DNA of 64,000 nt, taken from assembly GCA_976226885.1 (NCBI GenBank), contig OZ320313.1, positions 34,658,001-34,722,000 on the forward strand, given 5' to 3'. Below are positions 24,751-38,800 of the stretch, piece by piece (within the stretch, counting starts at the first letter, position 1; every line of letters starts with the position of its first letter). This stretch comes from Iphione sp. A-MEVVRFRX5 (Eukaryota). A model generated the notes under the pieces. The model had not been told where the DNA came from. It ran no database searches and worked only from the letters and a program-made list of their open reading frames with translations. The position numbers and the translations under genes are program-made.

Positions 24751-27458
24751 GGGAGATCTGGAGGTCGTGACTTCACTCGAGCCTGGACATGTTCATCGCT
24801 GTTCTCCACCAGATCTGCCCGCTTCGCGAAGGTTCTCGAAGGTTCCCAGAGGGTTCTTGCCCAGGCGATGGTATCATTTTGTCCGAGAGGGACCTTGGAT
24901 GTTCTTTGGTAGTCGGGCATGCTGTATAGAGGATCCTGTAACTTTATATGTAAATGTAATGAATTGTCACTGTCAGCGCTATACATGTATAGGCTTTCCT
25001 ATCCTGAATTTGGAGAATGTTGGTTAATTTGAGGGTAGGTCGGGTTCCAGAAACAGATATTTTGTTGATAAACTTTATGGGGCCTCGTAATCTTTGTTAC
25101 AGAACTGTTGGTAAAAGGGTGACATTGGTATGTTCATAAAAAAGTAGGCACATTCAGTGACCGGCTACACTAAAGGTAAAAGCAGACCCTTCTACTCGTG
25201 CCTAGGTTACTATGCGACCAAATAGCTTGATTATTGTTGTTCAAAGTAGGCGGCCCTAAGCATCGCTAAACATGAACGACATGTTTTATGGACACGGCAG
25301 CTTCTTTTCTCAGGAAATCATAGAGTCTCCATAATATTTTCCCGTTCGCTATTGCAGCGAAGTCATCAGGTTCGTTATATGAATGGCCGTCAACGCCAAC
25401 GGCAGTTCCTTACGCCAGACTCCAATGCGACAGAGAAAGTCTTTTATGGAGAATGGCTCTGTAATATCCTTTGATGGATCATTTTTTTAGAATCTACTGC
25501 GTCTTGTTATATCTACTTACAATTCTCTTTGCGCTACATGTATTTGCTTTCTGTTTAACAAGGAATCATTCTTTATAGTGCCTGATCTCGCTATTCTAAT
25601 GGCTTCTTAGTCAGTTTTATCTTTTTTTACGCTCACGCGAGCCACGTTCTCTTCGGTGCTTTTTCTACATGTATCGCCACAGCGGACGTTAAGAAAAACG
25701 ACAAGTATGCTACTGGTGGTTATATTCGTCTTCCGCTGTTAAGCCAAGTGTCTTTTTCGCAGTCCAACGGAAAAAAACACAGTGAAAGGCAGTCAGCCAT
25801 TTTCTGTGTGTCATGTGACAAAAATGGTGCCGCGCAAAACCCGTGGGATCTGACTGAAAAAGAATATCCTTCGTCAATTATACTACATATATATTCATAT
25901 AAATATAAACAAATGCTGGTCATCGTTTATATACAATGCAGAGAGGAGGAACAGTTAAACTAGGAATTTACATACGTAGCATATCCCCAGGGTTTATATA
26001 ATGGGTGGACCAATTCGTGTGGTCTTTGCTCCTTATAGTCAGCATGTGGCCCAGTTTGGACTCTCGGGCATTGCGCCCCAGCCCCTCTTCCAAAATAAGT
26101 CTGAATTGGGGAACTACAAAATCCTCTGAATAGAACATCCCCTCAGCACCATGTCTAAGCTGAATGAATGTGAGAACTATCATTACTGTATCTGTATATA
26201 TATATATAGGATTCTGTCCCCTATGTACAAAAAGACCCCAGAAACCTAATCGAAATAAGAGTAGGGGGTAACCCTGGGTATTCTGGTCTCTCAATTCTCA
26301 AAAATAGATGGTAGTATGCTACCTGAGGAGGATATGGAAGAGCTCTGTAATGTGATAGAGAATATCTAGTTCCTGGTTAAAGATACAATGAAATGAAATG
26401 AAAAAAATATATATGGGGTCTATACATACACACTGTAATTACTCACTGATTACCACTATTACCTGTTACATTGGCTTCTCTGAAAAAAAGAACAAGTGAT
26501 TTTGGAGTGACATTCAACATCTTATGTTTTTGTATTGTATTAATTGGTTTCACATCAAAAGCGTTGGTTGAGCATGATTGCAAAACAGCCACAAACATTC
26601 TACTTCACAATATCTTGACTTAAACACAAAAGGTTGACTGTTGTCTCAACACCCGAAGTTGCTATCAGTACACAATATTTTCCCTTGCAATCTGACTTAC
26701 GTTTAAAATTCTACAGTCTCTTTGAAAAAAAGGTGAAAGAAGGTGTCTCGAAACTCATTACATATTTTCCCTTGATGACCCGCGAAATAAGCTAGTGTCG
26801 GGCTACATATATGGATCGGAGTGTATCTTGAATCGTGGTATCTTTATTTTTTTCATTATTTTTTTTCATTCAGGATTGCTGTTTAGAAGTATAGGATCAT
26901 CCGACCTGTTAATATGTGAAACAGTATTAATCAGTTTTGATAACTTCAAGGTAAGGTTGTTGGTGGTGGTGGTATGTTGAGATGGCACAAGAAGGGACAG
27001 GGGAAGGAAAGTTGAAGAGCGGTGTATGGCAGTATATAGGTGTACTCTAGAGTGAAGTTTTGGAGGAAATGTTTGTAGAAAACAACTAATCATAGTTGTT
27101 TTGGAACAAAACTACTTATACTTCATATGCTGTCAGTATTTTGCACCATCAAATTCCTTGTTGATTAGAAATGTATCTCACGAGGTAACCTTAGATTTAT
27201 GCCACTTTCATGTACTGCTATGATGATTCATGGAATCTGAATGTACTGTAAAGAGTAGCAGTTACTATTCTGCCAAAGTATTGGCACCATCTACATATGT
27301 ACGTAGAAGCTGGGTGAATTAAGATATTTTCAGACTGATGCATTCAGCAGGTATTTTACAGATCTACAGGCCTACTATTTATGGATGAATTTACTTGGTC
27401 TCATATGCTTTGTACTTATTGGAGAAGCAGACTTGAGGTAAAATACCTTTGACAAGTA

Positions 27459-28698
27459 GGGGAAGCCAGGGCACAGTGAAACAGATAATATTTTTGGTTG
27501 ATTTCTTCCTACTGTTTGCATACCATGATGTACTGAGCATAAAGGGGGGATGTGTATGGGAAAAAAAGCATCAAATCATCTACCACCATTACCAGATATT
27601 TTTTTCAAAGCTACACCTGAAAACTTGACTAACCTTGTTCGTGTTTGTGTGCTACTACTACTATAATATTTTTGCAAACATTCCAAGTGATTAACTGTGC
27701 CCCAGTATCGGAGCACAGTGAATCAATTTCTAGGGCACAGTGAATTACTAGTAATAAAGTGAAGTAAATTCTATGCATTTAATTTTAAACAGTAAACCTG
27801 ATTTAAATGCTACACAAGCTGTACCTTATAGAAAAACTAAATTACTCTACCAGTGATATATGGAGTTAGTCTGGGTGTGCACACTGAAATTCTAATTTCT
27901 AAAATAAACTTAAATTGACAGTTTTAATCTTGCGTTAATAAAAATGTCAGAATTGTGCATGCATCAGCTTTTCATATATAATAAACCAACAAATCGTAAA
28001 TTCAACAGGGGAACAACATGACCTGAAGGCAGACAGCTTCTCATTCTAGGCAGTATCAAATCGATCTGCCAGCTTAGACAAACATTTCAGGAATCAAATT
28101 CCCCGAATAGATCATGGTGAACACACTACACTGCTAACCTATAAGCCCAAACTGACTGTGTTTGCAGTAGGCCTAGTTGTAATCACAGAATGGATTTGAA
28201 ACTGCTACATAAAGAAATATTACTCATTCTCCCACATTAAAGCCTAGTCTTCATGTTTGATCAAAATACTGCACTGGGGCACAATAAATCACATGTCTAG
28301 TGATTCACTGTGCCCAATGTTGACTAGTTGACCTGAACTGCCCTCTACTGGTCCACGCTGCTTTTGTTCTAATCAAACACCCTTCAATAATTATGACAAT
28401 TACACATACTTACTAATCCACTGTGTTTGGTTTTACATGTTTTAGTAGTCTACAATATATTGCCTTCAAACTGAACTGGTAGAAATTTACTTCCAATGCC
28501 TTAAAACATACTTTTCCCTGTTTTTTTTATAAAGTGATGGGCTTAAGTTACTACATGAAGCTGATGGATGGGGATAACCTTTATGAAAGAAGTGATGATG
28601 TCATTTTGTAATTTTAACCAGTCAATTTAACAATAATACCCCGATTCACTGTCCTCATCATTCACTGTACCCTGGCTGATTTAGCCTTTATCTTCTCC
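27459..28698. mobile_element. non-autonomous TIR element with repeated GGGCACAGTGAA subterminal motif
   Basis: Left TA|GGGGAAGCCAGGGCACAGTGAA; right TTCACTGTACCCTGGC...TTCTCC|TA with an apparent ~15-nt insertion in the TIR; about 8 copies of the CACAGTGAA-like motif in both orientations; no ORF. Confidence 0.65.
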
Positions 28699-29569
28699 TA
28701 TTATTTAGGTGATTTGTGCATTCATGTAGTTTAGTGGTACGGTGAACAATACATGAATATGAAATTTAGAGTAAAGGCAAGAACGTTCATAAACATAATA
28801 TATAACGTTGTATTAATCAGGGGAGGCTGGCAAGTAACAACTCCGGTTTGATAAGTATTTCCACCAAAATTACAAGAGACAATACTTAATGATTTCAAGA
28901 TTAGGTGATATTTTTGACCTCATGGGAGTCATATCTTACTGTTTTCAGCTATCCGTCATGCATAAGAATGGGAAAGGGACATACACACTATTTTCTGTCC
29001 TTCTGCTTTCCGTGGACTGCCTCGTTACCAAGCAAGGCCTTACCAAAACACTTCTAATTTTGGCAAAATGGTCATTGTTACTTATTTGATACCACAGGCT
29101 TCTGTACTTCCGCTGAGCGGAATTAGCCATGCGCTATTTTGGCTTCCTGCTCGCGGTATACATATGACCTTTTACGCCCTTTTGGTTCTCCTCTTCCTTC
29201 AAACAGATCAGGTTCCTTATTATTGTCGCCCCGGTGGGGTATGGCCAAATCCGCCTATATTAGAGCAGATCATTTTAATCCTCCTGAGAAAACAGTTTAT
29301 CTCATCTTTAATGCCCAGCGCCCTCGCAGCAAGGCTTCTCGAGTCTGTTTAATTTCACCAGGACACCAAGGGGCCTCTATCTTAATATTAGGGGCTTTGG
29401 TGGACTATGTGTCAGCTGGTGTGTTACGGGACCAAGGACGGTCCCGTGCCTCCCAGGGCCATTAACGCTAGCTGAACGTCAACTGAGATATAACCCTTAA
29501 TTGGGAGATACTCCTCCGAGACGTTCCGTCCTTATCAGGGCCTTTTGAGGCGCAGAAGCGTTCTCTTCA

Positions 29570-30214
29570 TTGTACCTATTCATGATTCCTTTACTCCACT
29601 CCGAGCAGAAGCACACACACACAGCCGATTATGGCTCGCCGAAAGTCGCTTGCTTTGATGTCGAGGGTGCGGCCTCGACCTTGGGAGGGAGACGCAGAGG
29701 GGCCAGCCATCTTGACCGCAGCTTTGATGTGTCACGTGGCGTGGCTTCTTTGCAAGCGGCGACGTGTCCGCCATTGATGCCCCCAAGCTTATCTCTCAGG
29801 ACCGCCCGTGCATCCAGTCGTATCCTGTCCACACTCCTCCCATCCCGTCTTTCTGCACCCTCCCCTCCTTCCACCCCGAGCTCATCGCCTGCAGTCAGTT
29901 CCCTATACCTGCAACAACCGACCCTCACCCAATTCGCTCCAAATTTCAACCCACCCAATTACAAACTGTTCATGTCAGTTCCGCCCAAACCTCCAAACCC
30001 TCTCGTCAAGCCAGGCCCATTTGCACTCGATGAAGTGTCTTTGGGCCGTTCATTAAACCCAGAACTCATTCATGTCTTTTGTTTAAAAGGAAAGGCCTTT
30101 CCGATTGAAGTCCTTATCAAAGAGAAATTGGGACTTCTAGGTAAAGGGTCTGACTATTCAGTCAAACTTGTTTTTGGGTTCCCATCAGCTTTATCTCTCT
30201 CCCCAATTCCATAG
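29570..30214 (+). other. unassigned 214-codon ORF, possibly a LINE ORF1-like N-terminal remnant
   Basis: Longest stop-free frame outside the pogo element. Ser/Pro-rich stretch and PPKPPNP motif, followed by a more globular segment (LNPELIHVFCLKGKAFPIEVLIKEKLGLLGK). No recognisable splice or poly(A) context. Confidence 0.25.
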
Positions 30215-30589
30215 TTTTATTTCTAGGCCACGATTTGGTGTACTACATTACAATGTGAAGTTGTCCCCCAATTACGGACGAGATTCCAGAGTCTTCAGAC
30301 ATATTATAAAAGAGATTACGTCGTCGCTTTTGTGGCAAAAGAACGATGCATCAAAGTAAGTGGTATCTTTCAAGATGACTTTCGGAACCACAGTTGAATG
30401 GATATACGAAGTCTATCGACAAGAAAAATAAATCCCAGCCCCAAACGAACCTATCATTAAAATACTTTTGTAATTCATGTCATCTTGCATGACCGATGCA
30501 TAAAATGTAGGTAAGGTTATAGACATGATAAGATATTCACTGCGACATACCGAATATAATGCCAACATAAAAAAAAATACTAGCGATTA

Positions 30590-30927
30590 GGCGTAAACAA
30601 AAAATAGCTGTGTTTCCGGTTACCAGACTGACGCTGTATCAGAGGCTATTGTGACTTTTAAATTTTTTTGTTGTTTTTTTTAATAACTTTAGAATGAATA
30701 ATGATAGAGACATGTTCTATACACCAAATTGTTCCTCATGTTACTAGCTTTCATATGACATACGTTTAATTAATATCTAACCAGTATAAGTGACATTGCC
30801 ATAGATATTTGTTGATTTCAGGATCCCTTTACATTGAAAAAAAAAGAAAAATAAAAGAATGTGACCTACCGACCGACCCCGTATTTTTTCAGCTTGTTAC
30901 CGGAAACACAGAACTTTTTTTAAGGCC
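30590..30927. mobile_element. TIR MITE related to the 21788-22131 element
   Basis: Left GGCGTAAACAAAAAATAGCTGTGTTTCCGGTTAC versus reverse-complemented right GGCCTTAAAAAAAAGTTCTGTGTTTCCGGTAAC; flanks TTA / CTA (one mismatch). Similar length (about 340 bp) and the same GTGTTTC-GGT-AC core. Confidence 0.7.
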
Positions 30928-33900
30928 CTATGCCATAGGGAATCTTAGGGACAAAAGACAGCTCAGAAACACTATCCATGCACGGTAGTTCTAAAAATGA
31001 ATTATTCAGTTAGTTGTGGTCTCTTTTCTAGATACATCTTATTTATCCTTAAAACCTCGGCAGACAAATTTTCATTCAGGCTGGGAAGGTGCCCATCTGA
31101 CGCAAAGCGGAGGTTGGAATCGCCTCGAAATACCTCGCACAATATGTCTGCTATTCTTTGCCCGTGTCGAGAAACACCATCGGTCAATTTTTTGCCCCTT
31201 GAATTAACGGTCCTCTGAAGGTTGCCGGTGAGGTTGAAACAAATTCCACATCTAAGAAACAAAAAAAGATAAGAAAACAGGAGAAGGTTGTGTTGCTTTC
31301 ATCCAAGCTTCCTTATGCCTCATAGGCCCGCGTGAAGTCAGATCAAATGGCTAAAATACACTGTAATATAGGACCCGCTATCAAAGTGAGACCTAATCCG
31401 AGGCAACCTCTTGGGTGGGCGGGCCTGGTTTGCCGGGCGTCGACTGGAAATCTATAGGGGTATCAATATAGTTTGGAGGAGGGCGTCAGCGTCGCTCTTG
31501 CATGTCTCCCAGTCTCTCCCTCTAGCCTGGAACGCTTATTAGCCATGCCAAGGTGGGAGCAGCTCCTGTAGCTGCATTGCTTAGGCACATGTATGCACAC
31601 AGCACCTTTACACCAGCTATACAGGTCATACAGTGAGGCAGGTCCCATTGGTTGGCTATAGGGTCTTGACACGTATGTGCGACTACTCACTCACCAAAGT
31701 TGGATATATACACCTATCCCTTGACAGAGGTCCCAACCCTTTCCCTGCCTTCATCCGAACTCCCCATCCTATTACAGCAGCTTCTCTCCGGCTCTAGGGA
31801 TGCAAGCTTTATTTTCTCCTGCTTTAGTTCCGTCGTAAGGGGCGTTTTACAACTTTTACTACCTCTTTATAGTGTATATCGGCTTCCTCATTCATACTGC
31901 ACGACTGTCTACGTGTGCCTTTCATTTTTTTGTAGTCCTAAGAGGCTCCAAGAGAGCAATCCCCTCCTAATGAGGCGCCAAGCCTCAATGATAGCTGTCG
32001 CAAAGTGAATGCATATTTTATACTTCTGGTTTCCTAGTAGCCTTTATGTTTTCTTCAACACCTGTAACTGGATGTCCTGTCTGAAACGTGACCATCCGGT
32101 AGTATAAATATGCTGAGAAGTAGACACAAACGAATGACTCTAAATAGAGACATTTAAGACCAAATTCAACGTAATTTATGGGAAATACATTTCTTGAGTG
32201 GAGGATCATCATACACTAAACGTTTAACTATGCCACTGGAAAGAACAAATATTCAGGATCTCAAAGTATATATTGTAGCATGTTTGTAAATAAGCGGTCA
32301 CAGGTTCCTAAGGATTCTGCCGAAAGATGGCATATGGGATGGCATCTACTTAGGTACAGTAAAATACATCTAAATATTTAACGCTAACCCAAGTCATAAT
32401 ATTTGGATTACAATCCGGAAACCCATACTTCCAGGTTCAGTCTGCAGGACTCTTCGGAGTCAGACAATGCCAATCTGCGGAGAGGCCTGAGGAATTGGTT
32501 AAAACTGTCCGAAACAAAACTTGTCCACTTAATTATAATCTCCACGTTGTGGTCTATCCTCATTGTGGTCTTCGACTACATAAGGGTCCGTTTTAAACTC
32601 TTGATAAAACTGTCTAGATGATTTTAAAAATCATAGAGCTTATTCTAACAGGACTATAACGTTTGCAGCGGCTGTGGCGTTAGTCGTATCATTGTAGCCA
32701 TGTTGTTTGAGGCCGACCATTACATGCATGTAGTCCAGTAGAACTATATAGAAGAATAGTTCTGGAGTTTGCCAGGTTAAAACTGTGGATACTCATCCTC
32801 AGTTTTCATACAAAACTTCAATAACGATGCTGTCAAGCTAAATGGTGGCCGAGCACAGGACTCACTTCTAATCTTATATAATTGAAAACGACATGAGCAG
32901 GTAATATTTCACACATTGCAACATGAAGTAAAAACATTTCAGATTACGATATTGAACGTGTAGAATGTGTGGGATGTGTGGAATTCCGACAGAGAAATGA
33001 TAAGCGATACGTAACAAAATAGCGCATTGTTCTCAAAATATTCAACAATACATAAACAATATTCAAAAGTTACTCCAATGGATACCTTTACGCTCTATTC
33101 AGTAATCTGAAAACAGTACTGAGGTTATTTACCATTAGCCCGCCATATAATAGACTCAGTTTTGCATTTCGCAGTGACTCCAGAGTATAAACACCTTTTA
33201 CTATCGTAGGCCAACCCATAGCCCAGCATTATACTTATAGACCCATGAGTACCATCAAGAGCATCCCTCTGTGATGATTGTGGACCAGCCAAGCTTAGAC
33301 CTGGTAAGCTTCGAGTGGGCCTGCTCCACATGTGGCCTGCTTGGAACGTTCACAAAGCCCTTCCCATCTTTACAATACAGCACAGTGCAGTTCTTTTCTC
33401 CTTGGTCTACCTGAAGGCATATCCCTTCAGCACCGAAGAGTCGGATGTACTGCCTTGATTTGAGTCTAAAACTTTACGAGCATGAAAGCATTGCCTATAT
33501 GATTTTTCGTGTGGCGTTCCTACCTTCGGAGAAATTAAACACCTGCTAGCACCATGAAAACCGATTATTAAAGTGTAAATAAACGTCTCCAGTATTAATA
33601 TATCAATGTGGTGATACCAAATACACGTGGTGTATTACATACAGTGTCAATAAGGTAATGTTTATTGTTGTATCTGTATATCTGTAGTCCTTAAACCATT
33701 TTTGTTGTGAACATTATTTAAGAGTTCAACAATACTTAGAAGCATTTGAAAATCTATGTGTTATTATCAGCAAATGTATATGTATTCAATTTATAAATAC
33801 ATTTACAAATATAAGAAAAGCTCCAGGCAATACAAAATCTAAAACATACACTTGTTTTTAGAGTATAGTTAGTATTCATAAATATCATACCTATGATATT

Positions 33901-35704
33901 TTGACGAATGACGTCTCTTAATTTCTGTCCACATCACCCTGAGAGCTGTCTAGGAACATCCCTCAAATCTAAGCACTCTCTTGAAACCCCACCGGTCTGA
34001 CTGAGGCAGATTAACTGCGGCGGTCTATGCATATCATCTCGGAGACACGTGTGCAAGGCTAGACTCTCAGGAGCACGTGAAGACTCGACTCAGAACAGAT
34101 AAGCAGTGTCTGGGTAGGTATAGCGACCTCCAGCAGGAAGGGGAAGACCACCAGCCTCAGGTGGCGGCCCTTCAGTGGCCGTGTGCGTGTTACCGTGGTA
34201 CTGGCATTGAGTATCTCATTGACCGCACAGCTGATGGAGTCCCACACATGGTAGGCTTTATTCCCCATTTATGTAGAGTCCCCACGTGCACCACGAAGAG
34301 GATTAGTAGTACAATGGGATGCTTTTATTATAAGGTTCTACTGTTGTCCTGATACTCATTACTAGAAGAAAATGTGAAGACCAGAGAGAGGAGGTTTATA
34401 TATGAATCTCGTAGCTAGTTGATGATTTTTGTCCTTAAGGGTAGTTTAAGGAGCCGAAGAGTACATTGCTATATACAAGATTGGTACATTACAGATTTGA
34501 AAGTAGAATGGAAATATGTGGGGATTAAAACGGAACTGAACAGCCGTGTGCATTCTAACATGGGACTTAGGGTGGGGGTGCTTCAACGTAAAGGCATCAA
34601 CGTCTGGAGGAGACAATAGAAAGGTGACTATAGCGAGGCCATATAAGAGTACTGAGCAGCCCCAAAGCACGCAATGGATCAGCAGCATCTCCTGTAAAAT
34701 GACCGTAAGGAAGTGTTGGTGGGTGGCTGTAGGGAAGGGGGGTTGGGTGAGCGGCCGGACTGCGTAAAACATATAAAGAACATCACCTTCTGGTCCGCAT
34801 CTCTCCCGGAGGGGAAAACAGGAAACACCTACTCAGTACCCCACGCCTCCATCCATGACGACAATCCAGGTAATACCCATTGAGAGATCTAACACCACGT
34901 CCGGCATATTACCAGCTAGCCACCGCTCACTAGTCAAAAGGCGCATACTATGTACACTGGCCACAGGCGTGTTTGATCATAAACAATGATAACCAATTCA
35001 CACGCAAGTCGATAGATATTACGGTTAGAGTGAGAAGATAGAGAACATGCTCTGGAGGCTGAGAGAGCGGCATTCTGACGCGCAGCTTGAGGACCCCCTC
35101 CCCCCGAACCTGCTCACTACGCTACTTTATGAGTGTCAAGGGAGAGCTCTTCCTCACTTGCTCTCACCATTTGTGTTTATCATCTCCATTTCTTCAACCA
35201 TTTCCGATGTTAGTGCCGCGATTATTACCCCCCATCTTTTGCATCTATCACGAAGCTCAACACTACGTAAAAAGTACGTATCTCTACTACTAAACAGCAC
35301 ATCGGAATAAATATATGTTTCTTTGAAGTGGCAATAATCAGACTCTCTAGAAAACATCTGGGATGGTATAAAACAAGCACGAAAAAATGATTTACCACAC
35401 TGTTTATCTATTCATGCATAGAAACACCTAACCGGCATGCTGGCCCTGAAAATAGCTTGGTTGACTGGGTTCGGTGGGCATTATCATGGATTCTAGCGGG
35501 GATGGTGAATGGTTTCATGAAGTGCTATCCCCATGGATGCGAATTATCTGCATGCAAATTGTGGCATGATGTATGGAGCCCTGACCGTCCTGCAACAGGT
35601 GGCGAGGCTTATCCCCATGTATGCGAACTAAGCACACTGTCTTCTTATGATATTTCTATGATACATCTTTGATTGAGATACATCTTTCATGGATACATCT
35701 TTCT

Positions 35705-35846
35705 CGGAGAAAGTGCAGAAAAACAGCTATTTCATGGAGATTCTGGCAAATTCCACAGAGAAAGTGCCAAAAATGGCAAATTTCATGGAGAAAGTGCCAA
35801 AAAAAAACAACTATTTCATGGAGATTCTGGTAAATTCCATGGAGAT
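35705..35846. repeat. compound short tandem repeat
   Basis: Recurring GAGAAAGTGC(C)A..AAA and (C)TATTTCATGGAGATTCTGG.AAATTCCA units. Confidence 0.7.
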
Positions 35847-38800
35847 TAATACTCTTCAGTACATTTCAGTACTATTCTCTGTCCACACAAAGTGGTATGG
35901 TGTGGGAAGACCAGACAACAACCAGTCAGCCCACATGCACAGAGTGGCAGGTCTGGGTAGCCCCTGCACATGGGGGTAGTTCTATTTTAACTGCTTGGGC
36001 CGGACCTCCCGCTCTTCACACAAAGAGTGGCAGGTCTGGAAGGTTTGTGTCCATGGGGTTAGCGCTTTAAAGATAAAAGAAAAATCTCATAGGGAATTCA
36101 TTTCTGAATACTACAGTTAGGATATAGGAAAGAAAGCTAATCACTCTATAATGATAACCACTTATCCAACTAGAATGGCAGTAGCTTAGGTGCATGAACT
36201 GTGTGGACCTAGGCCACCTCAAGACGGAGAGGAAAATTAGCTCTAATTGGATTAGCTGAGTATTTGAAATGGAGAAGTCTGATGGTTGTACATGTGTCTC
36301 TGCTGTTGGGATAATCTGAGAACACTGGCCAGACTCTTTGTGTGCTGCCAATGGCGCTGAGCAGAACCCCTCCATTCTTTCTGGGTGAATCCTTCATGGG
36401 TCTTTGTCCTGTCCGGAAATGGCACGAGAATCGCCTGGCTTTGATCCGCTCGGGGTAAACGCCTGGGTAGAATGTGACTGTACCCCTCCTTGCGGGCCCC
36501 TGTCAGCGAGGGCTTTTGTCTTTGACACCCTATGCTTTCTGCTGACAAAGTGCAATTCTGCAGACTTGGGGTTCAGGCTTTGTGGAGATAAAGAGAAGTG
36601 GCGAAAGGCGCTTATCTCACTAGAACTCCAGTGAGATTTGCAATAACCTATTCTCTCCATAACTACACCTTTCTTAATACTTTGGCAGCACTCATATCCT
36701 TCAGCTAGTGTTATGCTTTTTTTTATCCGACACTTAAATGAACCCTTTGTCAGGTGTTTCTGTGAGAAACAATAAGCTAGAATATTTCACTAGTGCACGC
36801 ATCACAAACGTAAAGAAGGTGTTCAGACATGTAGCATAAAAACATTAAATAGTAGGATCTTCATAATGACAAAGAAAGCCCATTAGTCGATGGTGTTTTG
36901 GAGCCCTTTGTGGCATTGCAATGCGTGTGCTGCATGTTTTTCCTCTACAGATGTTTAGAGGTCGATCGTCACGAGTAGCAAACCTCAAAGTTTACTTGGA
37001 GACTAATTACTCTTCACGCAGAGTGTAATAAAACAGTTAGCTACGTTAACAGAGATGCCTGAAGAGACGCTGCTAATTAGATAACCGAGACAGGATCACA
37101 CACGGTAGTCGACTCACGCGGTCTGAATAGAGCCAATCAGAGAGGCCATGTGTTAGACATAGAAAGGTGTGATATCAACTGAGGTGTCACCTCTAAAATA
37201 GCATTTCTCTCTTCTCTCTTCATTATTGTTAGTGTAAGAATTTGCAACTGTCGTACATAAGGCGCATTCAAGGAACTTTTGAAGGGAATGATCTGTAAGT
37301 GAGGCTAGGCTCCGTTCAACCTTTAGTTCCGACAGGTCGCAGTTAGGCCATCACCATGGCAAAACCATTCGGCAAATGTGTCCAATATTCCTGGGGGGGC
37401 ATCTTTTCTCGGCTACCATGATATCGACGGCGCATTCCACTTCTGTTCTGTATCGATGGCGCAAATGCTACGTGCATAGAAATATGCCTCGATGGTTACG
37501 GAGAATATCGGCATTGATGGAATGGGCGCAAATAACAGTGAAAAAAAAAACCTTCAAACGAATCACCGTCGATATAACTGTGACTTCAAATTGCATTCCA
37601 AGCGAGGTGTCAAGCCCCCGCCCCGCGTGCCATGGTATTCATCCCCCCCTACCTGTTATGTTCACTGGAATCACTGAGTGGGAACCTCTTATACAAAACT
37701 ATTCCAAATATCGGCGATTCGGTCATTATACTTTGCGTTTCAGCTACCAGCGATACAGGTGTATGCCATGCGGTAATAAGATCCCCTGAGCCCATTGTCG
37801 GATGAGGACGTAAGATAAAAATGTGTATAAATCTGATGACGCTTCCTCCGCCAGAGCTCTTAGTGTATGCGATTACCAATAGAGTTACGTTAAGGTGCCA
37901 TGTACGCTTCCCAAATGGAACGAAGTTATCGTAATGTGCTGATCTTATTGTAACTAATCTTTCTTAATACTGGAAGTCGTTGGATGGACTGTAGGAGACA
38001 GTGTACTAATAGGCAATTGCCAAAACACATAGTACACGCACTTACCATCACCCCAACCTGACTAGGCGTGTAGGAGATAATGAGCTTTAATAGATGGATA
38101 GACCAATCAACAGTTTCTTGCCCCAAACGAGAATTAGCATGTCTAATGCAATCTCCCCGTCCGGTAGGAGCTCGGGAATGAGCACACGTAATGTGATCAT
38201 CCTTGAGACGAGCGAATAATGACGGATGTATCCATGTTCCGGGGCGGACACCCGGCAAAGTTGCGTCTGCTATTCCTGCCTCCGTCGCCGTTGGTTTCGA
38301 TTCGTTTTGGTCTTCAGCCCACTTAAAACGAGACACAGTGATCGTATTTTAAGTTGGAGTAATAGGGGTGGTAAACCACCTGAGGGATTCTCAACAAAGA
38401 CCTATCCAACTTGTGACAGGAGATATTTGGTACGAATTCGAATGCTGCATTCGGTTTCGTCTACTTCTTTCTATGGTGACGTTTCATTAGAGTCTTTTGA
38501 ACTTTTTTTTACATATGCTATAAGGCAGCTGCATATGGAAGCTGTATACATAATTGACACATCACTATGGTGTGCGCCATGATTCCTGTTAATCAAAATG
38601 TTCTCTGACCAATGATGCAGTGTGGTTAATATTAATGTGTCACACATTATGATTGTCACATGTCATTTTATGTTTATTTAAATATATAAAAATATATCCA
38701 TGGAAAACATGGCGATGCATCTATGTTTATTTTCAAAGTATATGAGAAAATGCAGTACACTGACACTGTGACTAGAAATCTGTTTTAATTTTAAACATTG

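Noticed and set aside
31010-31210. VSFLDT motif suggesting a Penelope-like RT
   Set aside because: It is a single short motif; the expected downstream Y.KPT and H.P motifs are not recognisable.
34059-34268. PLKGRHLRLVV motif resembling the start of an ionotropic glutamate receptor S1 segment
   Set aside because: The similarity does not extend beyond about 10 residues and there are no suitable splice sites.
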